Source: Yersinia similis (GTDB taxonomy: Bacteria > Pseudomonadota > Gammaproteobacteria > Enterobacterales > Enterobacteriaceae). From it: a stretch of DNA of 16,000 nucleotides. The stretch's first letter is position 1; every line of letters starts with the position of its first letter. The stretch is taken from assembly GCF_001053095.1 (NCBI RefSeq), contig NZ_CGBP01000021.1, positions 33,514-49,513 of the forward strand, given 5' to 3'. Below the pieces are notes generated by a model that was not told the origin of the DNA, made no database searches, and saw only the letters and a list, made by a program, of their open reading frames with translations. Position numbers and translations under genes: made by a program. This document shows, piece after piece, positions 12,170 through 16,000 of the stretch.

Positions 12170-12370
12170 TATACCCAAGTGACTTCAATATGCAGGTAGG
12201 CAGCAACCGAGTCAATTCCCAAGAGCTTAGATAACTCAGTGACTGGGGTGACAAATCTGCTGGGAGCAGATTTGAACGCTGCTTGCAGCGGCCTCGCAGA
12301 GGCGAGGCTCATGGACGGGCCGAGTAATAAGGGCAGCTAACCCCCTGCATCGTGAAGGGCGACGGGTATA
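12170..12370. repeat. ERIC (enterobacterial repetitive intergenic consensus / IRU) element, enlarged about 200-bp variant
   Basis: The termini are TATACCC...TTCAATATGCAGG (12170-) and CCTGCATCGTGAAGGGCGACGGGTATA (-12370), which match the inverted ends of ERIC. The core GAGTCAATTCCCAAGAGCTTAGATAACTCAGTGACTGGGGTGA matches the ERIC core GTGAATCCCCAGGAGCTTACATAAGTAAGTGACTGGGGTGAGCG, with a 14-nt exact run AGTGACTGGGGTGA. About 75 extra bp (roughly 12252-12330) interrupt the right half. Confidence 0.85.
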
Positions 12371-12384
12371 TCTCAGGAAAGTAT

Positions 12385-12915
12385 ATGCACAATAAGTATT
12401 CCTGCCTGCAAATAGGTATTCATTGGCTAGTCCTATTACTGGTTATTATCGCCTGGAGCTCCATGGAGTTGCGCGGGTTTGCACCTCGTAGCTATCAGTC
12501 CTGGATGAAAATGATCCACTTTTCCTGTGGGATCGCTATCCTGGTGTTGATGATAACAAGGATATTGATACGACTGAGGTACCCGACACCGCCGATAGTA
12601 CCGAAGCTTAGCCCCATGATAGTAGGGTTGGCGCATGTAGGACATTGGGTTATTTACTTGCTGTTTATCGCGTTGCCTATAATCGGTATCGCTATACTTT
12701 ACTATCGAGGAAGCTCGTGGATAGCCTTTGGTCTGATAATGCCCCATGCCGAGCAGGCGAATTTTGATCTGGCGGATACACTGAAGGCGTATCATCTATT
12801 TCTGGCAAATATGAGCTATTTCGTTATTGGTCTTCATACTCTTGCGGCCTTATTGCATCACTACGTTTTGAAAGATAATACTCTATTGCGCATGATGCCG
12901 AATAAGAGAGGCTGA
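12385..12915 (+). CDS. cybB: Membrane di-haem cytochrome b561
   Basis: From the ATG at 12385 the 176-aa product MHNKYSCLQIGIHWLVLLLVIIAWSSMELRGFAPRS...MIHFSCGIAILVLMITRILIRLRYPTPPIVPK...GLAHVGHWVIYLLFIALPIIG...FVIGLHTLAALLHHYVLKDNTLLRMMPNKRG is colinear with E. coli CybB (MENKYSRLQISIHWLVFLLV...KDNTLLRMMPRKRS), including the conserved His residues. An AGGAAA SD lies upstream. The track start (GTG 12352) lies inside the ERIC repeat and is rejected. Confidence 0.93.
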   Translation: MHNKYSCLQIGIHWLVLLLVIIAWSSMELRGFAPRSYQSWMKMIHFSCGIAILVLMITRILIRLRYPTPPIVPKLSPMIVGLAHVGHWVIYLLFIALPIIGIAILYYRGSSWIAFGLIMPHAEQANFDLADTLKAYHLFLANMSYFVIGLHTLAALLHHYVLKDNTLLRMMPNKRG

Positions 12916-12930
12916 ATTATTCTGTTTCTT

Positions 12931-12955
12931 TGTCCCGCGTTTGCGGGACATTTTA
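12931..12955 (+). terminator. Rho-independent terminator of cybB
   Basis: TGTCCCGC (12931-12938) and GCGGGACA (12943-12950) form a stem around the loop GTTT, followed by TTTTA. The structure starts 16 nt after the cybB stop. Confidence 0.75.
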
Positions 12956-13139
12956 AGGAATACAGCCAGTGGGTGCAGCCAGATGATTACCGGTGTCACG
13001 CCCGAGCGTTTCTGAGGCCGCCAAGCAAAAAACTGGCCCTCCCTTGATTCACTAATTAGCCTGACCGGTAATATCGGTAAAAATCACGCGGGTTATCGAA
13101 TAAGTGGGTTCTCGAATAAATAAGTTCAGATGTTCAGAT

Positions 13140-13820
13140 TTAGCGATATAACTCAACCACAGCCGGTGTCACCTGCAATTCATGTTGCCAATGGGTCAAG
13201 GTTAGGCTGGCCAACGTTGCCAACCCTTGATAAAACGGGTGGCCGGCATCGGATTGCAACAGCGCCAGATAACGATAACTCCAGGGTAATAAGTGATCAG
13301 CCAACAAAACCGGGAGATCTACCGGCTGATGCTCTGCCAGCCAGGCCGCCATCATCATCAATAAACCGAAATGATCTTCAGGCTCCTGCTGCTTCAATGT
13401 GACTTCAACGTGCCGTTGCAGCATCCAGTTACGCAGTTTTAGCGTGGAATCGCCAAACAGCACAATGTCTTTATCCAGATAAACGGATCCCCAAGGCGGC
13501 GCAGGCAAGGCATAAGGGCCAATAAACAGCCGTTGCCAGGCTTCTTCTAATGTTTCTGCTAACGGGGTTGCTGCTGACTGATGATCAGTTGATTGATCTG
13601 CCGCCAGTAATGCCGCAATTGACATCAATTCGTCTTCACTGCCATAAGGCCATTCAGCGGCCCATGTGCCATTACGCAATTGCACCACAATATCACGGCA
13701 CTCCGCGCTATCCGGTTCACAATAAAAAAGCGCACCCAGCACCCGCCCCGTTAGTACGATTTTTTGATAAACAATGTCTTGATAAACAATGTCTTGATAA
13801 GTCATATCTGTTTTAATCAT
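13140..13820 (-). CDS. dmsD: Tat proofreading chaperone DmsD (TorD family)
   Basis: ...GRVLGALFYCEPDSAE...AWQRLFIGPYALPAPPWGSVYLDKDIVLFGDSTLKLRNWM...QQEPEDHFGLLMMMAAWLAEH...LLPWSYRYL...HPFYQGLATLASLTLTHWQ... aligns along its length with E. coli DmsD (..ARVLGALFYYAPESAE..AWQRLFVGPWALPSPPWGSVWLDRESVLFGDSTLALRQWM..EPEDHFGSLLLMAAWLAEN..). The start is ambiguous. The candidates are the ATG at 13820 (MIKTDMTY...) and the ATG at 13805 (MTYQD..., resembling E. coli MTHFSQQD). Neither has a strong SD. Confidence 0.9.
   Translation of the reverse strand: MIKTDMTYQDIVYQDIVYQKIVLTGRVLGALFYCEPDSAECRDIVVQLRNGTWAAEWPYGSEDELMSIAALLAADQSTDHQSAATPLAETLEEAWQRLFIGPYALPAPPWGSVYLDKDIVLFGDSTLKLRNWMLQRHVEVTLKQQEPEDHFGLLMMMAAWLAEHQPVDLPVLLADHLLPWSYRYLALLQSDAGHPFYQGLATLASLTLTHWQHELQVTPAVVELYR
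13764..13803. repeat. 15-bp in-frame tandem repeat (about 2.6 copies) in the 5' end of dmsD
   Basis: TTGATAAACAATGTC occurs at 13764-13778 and 13779-13793, with a partial copy TTGATAAGTC at 13794-13803. It is translated on the minus strand as YQDIV-YQDIV-YQKIV. Confidence 0.9.
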
Positions 13821-13826
13821 TTTCTT

Positions 13827-13882
13827 ACGACCATGTTGTTATGACCATATGGTTATAACCATATTGTTACGATCATATTGTT
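13827..13882. repeat. Four degenerate 14-bp tandem repeats immediately upstream of dmsD
   Basis: The copies are acgaccatgttgtt / atgaccatatggtt / ataaccatattgtt / acgatcatattgtt, at 13827-13840, 13841-13854, 13855-13868 and 13869-13882. The period is not a multiple of 3 and the array is non-coding. It ends 7 bp from the dmsD ATG at 13820. Confidence 0.85.
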
Positions 13883-13932
13883 CGTCCCTGTATGACCTTG
13901 GTTTTTAGAGCGCCAAAGGCATAGCGAGCAAA

Positions 13933-14051
13933 GCCATTCTGGGCGCTCCTCAGTGTACAAGCCATTGAATGTACAAGTCATTGAATGTACAAGCATAGCC
14001 CGTGGAGTGTACATCAGTACATAACACGGCACTGCATAGCCCCAGAATGGC
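13933..14051. repeat. 119-bp element bounded by a perfect 11-bp inverted repeat and containing 16-bp tandem repeats with TGTACA palindromes
   Basis: GCCATTCTGGG (13933-13943) is the exact reverse complement of CCCAGAATGGC (14041-14051). The interior holds TGTACAAGCCATTGAA (13954-13969), TGTACAAGTCATTGAA (13970-13985), TGTACAAGCATAGCCC (13986-14001) and a further TGTACA at 14008-14013. GCATAGC(C) recurs at 13919, 13993 and 14034. Confidence 0.7.
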
Positions 14052-14074
14052 AAAATGTCGCCGCCGTCTGGGAA

Positions 14075-14935
14075 TTAGCCCCCAACCGCCATACCGACCG
14101 TCATATGTAACCCGTAGAACACTCCACGGCCAATCAACTCACCGGCAATAACCAGTAACGTGCCCAAAACCATCACCAGCGTCATCGGGCGACGGCCTCT
14201 GATCAACGGGCAAATCCAGCAGCCAAGCCCCAACACCAGCAGCACTAACCGCCATACCATCAATGAGCCATAATCGGGGATCAGCGCTGAAGCTTGCTGC
14301 ACCGAGCTATAAATCATCGGCAAACTCGCCGCCTGCATAATGACACTGGCCACACTGATAATCAGTGCCAATACGCTGATCATCGGCAGTTGTAACATCG
14401 CCCGGCCATTAACATCAGCCAATTGCAGTAACAGATAACCCAGTAGCGGGCCACCGATAAACATGGTCAGGACAAAGCCCAGTGGGGTATAAATACTGTC
14501 CCACGTCGGTACCGTATTAATAGAATAGACCCGGCACATGGCGTAGACAAAGAGCACACCCAGCACCATCGCCACCACCAGCCAGATCTTGCCAAGCGCG
14601 GCAGGCATTTTATCCAACACCGCCAACAACCAGTAAAAACCGGCTACTGCAAAGAACAGCGAACCAGCGGCAATCTCATTACTCAGTGCGGACTCACCGA
14701 TCCGATTCAATGAGTTGAACGCCCTCATTGGCGAACCTAAATGCAGTGTAGAAGCGATAAAAGCCAGTGCCATCAGTACCCAAAGCACAAACATGCTGCG
14801 GTGAACCCGCTGTTGTTGCCCACGACTCAAACCACCGAATATCAGTGCCAGACCGAGCACAATAAAGCCCCCGACCACACACTGCCCCAGTACGGTAAAG
14901 ACCATTAGTGGCCATTCATGCCATCCTGTGCCCAT
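14075..14935 (-). CDS. dmsC: DMSO reductase membrane anchor subunit C
   Basis: From the ATG that is the complement of 14933-14935, MGTGWHEWPLMVFTVLGQCVVGGFIVL...LHLGSPMRAFNSLNRIGESALSNEIAAGS...NTVPTWDSIYTPLGFVLTMFIGGPLLGYLL...GELIGRGVFYGLHMTVGMAVGG is colinear with E. coli DmsC (MGSGWHEWPLMIFTVFGQCVAGGF...). An AAGGAGG SD sits in the dmsB end, and the ATG lies 1 nt after the dmsB stop. The track start at 14998 would overlap dmsB by 62 nt and is rejected. Confidence 0.93.
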   Translation of the reverse strand: MGTGWHEWPLMVFTVLGQCVVGGFIVLGLALIFGGLSRGQQQRVHRSMFVLWVLMALAFIASTLHLGSPMRAFNSLNRIGESALSNEIAAGSLFFAVAGFYWLLAVLDKMPAALGKIWLVVAMVLGVLFVYAMCRVYSINTVPTWDSIYTPLGFVLTMFIGGPLLGYLLLQLADVNGRAMLQLPMISVLALIISVASVIMQAASLPMIYSSVQQASALIPDYGSLMVWRLVLLVLGLGCWICPLIRGRRPMTLVMVLGTLLVIAGELIGRGVFYGLHMTVGMAVGG

Positions 14936-14936
14936 G

Positions 14937-15554
14937 TTATACCTCCTTCGGATTTGCCAGATGACCGGTGGTATCTCTGACCGGGCGGCTGTTGGCATTA
15001 GGTTTCAGTACGATATTCGGCAGCGTGAAGTGAGCGGCAGGCAGAGGCGCAATTTCAGCTAAATCACCGTATTTTTCGCGTAATTCATCGATAGGGGCCA
15101 TATCCAATGCGCGCAATGGACAGGAATCGACGCAGATAGGTTTCTTCCCTACCGCCACCCGTTCGTAACAACCGTCGCACTTGGTCATGTGCCCTTTTTC
15201 AGCATCATATTGCGGCGCGCCGTAAGGGCAGGCCATATGGCAGTAGCGGCAACCGATACAGATATCTTCGTTGACCACCACAAATCCATCATCACGCTTA
15301 TGCATGGCACCACTCGGACACACCTTGGTGCAGGCGGGGTCACTACAGTGGTTACAGGCGATAGACAGGTAGTAAGCGAACACATTCTGGTGCCATGTCC
15401 CGTTATCCTGCTGCCAATCACCGCCAGCGTATTCGTAAATACGTCGAAAGCTGACATCCGGTGATAAATTTTTAAAGTCTTTGCAAGCCAGCTCGCACGT
15501 TTTACACCCTGTACAACGGCTGGAATCGATGTAAAAACCATATTGCGTTGTCAT
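14937..15554 (-). CDS. dmsB: DMSO reductase iron-sulfur subunit B (four 4Fe-4S clusters)
   Basis: The 205-aa product MTTQYGFYIDSSRCTGCKTCELACKD...CNHCSDPACTKVCPSGA...CIGCRYCHMACPYGAPQYD...KCDGCYERVAVGKKPICVDSCPLRAL has the four Cys groups and the length of E. coli DmsB. An AAGGAG SD lies in the dmsA stop region. Confidence 0.97.
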   Translation of the reverse strand: MTTQYGFYIDSSRCTGCKTCELACKDFKNLSPDVSFRRIYEYAGGDWQQDNGTWHQNVFAYYLSIACNHCSDPACTKVCPSGAMHKRDDGFVVVNEDICIGCRYCHMACPYGAPQYDAEKGHMTKCDGCYERVAVGKKPICVDSCPLRALDMAPIDELREKYGDLAEIAPLPAAHFTLPNIVLKPNANSRPVRDTTGHLANPKEV

Positions 15555-15565
15555 CAGTCAGCTCC

Positions 15566-16000
15566 TTATGCCTTGGCGACTTGAACGAGGTTGGTGTGGG
15601 ATGGGTTCCCTTTCGCCAACGGAGAAGGACGCTGGGTGGTCAATACGTTGATACTGCCCGCCCGATCAATCCGCTTCTCATCGGGGCTGTACCACGCCCC
15701 CTCACCCAAAGCGACAACCCCCGGCATCATGCGCGGAGTGACTTTGGCATTAATCTGTACCTCACCACGGCCATTGAAGATCCGCACCATATCGCCATTA
15801 CTGATACCTCGTCGTTCGGCATCCATCGGGTTAATCCACATCTCCTGAAGACAGGAGGCTTTCAACACATCCACGTTACCGTAAGTGGAGTGGGTTCTGG
15901 CCTTGTAGTGGAAGCCCGTTAACTGCAACGGGTACTGCTCGATCAGCGGATCAACATGGCTTTCAAATCCGGCGGCATACACGGGCAGCGGATCGATAAC
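15566..16000 (-). CDS. dmsA: DMSO reductase molybdopterin catalytic subunit A, C-terminal 144 codons (the gene continues beyond the right window edge)
   Basis: The frame is open from 16000 down to the stop at 15566-15568. The track GTG at 15982 is only an internal codon. The translation ...YPLQLTGFHYKARTHSTYGNVDVLKASCLQEMWINPMDAERRGISNGDMVRIFNGRGEVQINAKVTPRMMPGVVALGEGAW...NVLTTQRPSPLAKGNPSHTNLVQVAKA matches the DmsA C-terminal beta-barrel domain (E. coli ...YPLQLFGFHYKSRVHSTYGN...TLRPSPLAKGNPQHTNLVEIEKI). Confidence 0.95.
   Translation of the reverse strand, partial: VIDPLPVYAAGFESHVDPLIEQYPLQLTGFHYKARTHSTYGNVDVLKASCLQEMWINPMDAERRGISNGDMVRIFNGRGEVQINAKVTPRMMPGVVALGEGAWYSPDEKRIDRAGSINVLTTQRPSPLAKGNPSHTNLVQVAKA

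Noticed and set aside
12352-12384. GTG 12352 as the cybB start
   Set aside because: It lies inside the right arm of the ERIC repeat. The ATG at 12385 gives a product colinear with, and the same length as, E. coli CybB, and it has an SD.
13827-14013. Possibility that the repeat arrays are a small CRISPR array
   Set aside because: The units are 14-16 bp and directly abutting, with no unique spacers. No cas genes or leader are present.
13853-14053. 66-aa minus-strand ORF in the dmsC-dmsD spacer
   Set aside because: It starts with TTG and has no SD. It is composed of the tandem and inverted repeats, whose 14- and 16-bp periods are not multiples of 3, and it has no recognisable domain.
14936-14998. 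Extended DmsC start at 14998
   Set aside because: It would overlap dmsB by 62 nt and add 21 residues absent from E. coli DmsC. The ATG at 14935 has an AAGGAGG SD and a conserved MGxGWHEWPL N-terminus.

Overview
The window reads as a Yersinia-type enterobacterial chromosome segment. The evidence is an ERIC repeat, about 50% GC by eye, and the katY-cybC-cybB-dms neighbourhood I recall for Y. pestis. It has three blocks. (1) Positions 1-9003, minus strand: a carbohydrate-utilisation cluster. It encodes an RbsB-like binding protein, a small lipoprotein, a double-domain ABC ATPase, a permease, a split transketolase (N and C subunits), an FGGY sugar kinase and an L-fucose-isomerase-family enzyme that runs off the left edge and is missing from the ORF track. 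(2) Positions 9300-12955, plus strand: a visibly AT-richer block. It encodes a signal-peptide-bearing KatG-type catalase-peroxidase (KatY/KatP type), periplasmic cytochrome b562 (CybC), an enlarged ERIC repeat and membrane cytochrome b561 (CybB). (3) Positions 13140-16000, minus strand: the 3' end of dmsA, then dmsB, dmsC, a repeat-dense 254-bp spacer and dmsD. The observations most worth follow-up are these. The katY-cybC-cybB linkage may form an envelope peroxide/superoxide redox module. The isomerase-kinase-split-transketolase pathway with its dedicated ABC importer and lipoprotein has no assigned substrate. A palindromic operator-like motif is shared by two promoter regions of that cluster. 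A near-consensus OxyR site and an SD-masking U-rich hairpin lie upstream of katY. Several tandem and inverted repeat structures lie in and around dmsD. All family assignments come from reading the translations by eye, and no database search was possible.
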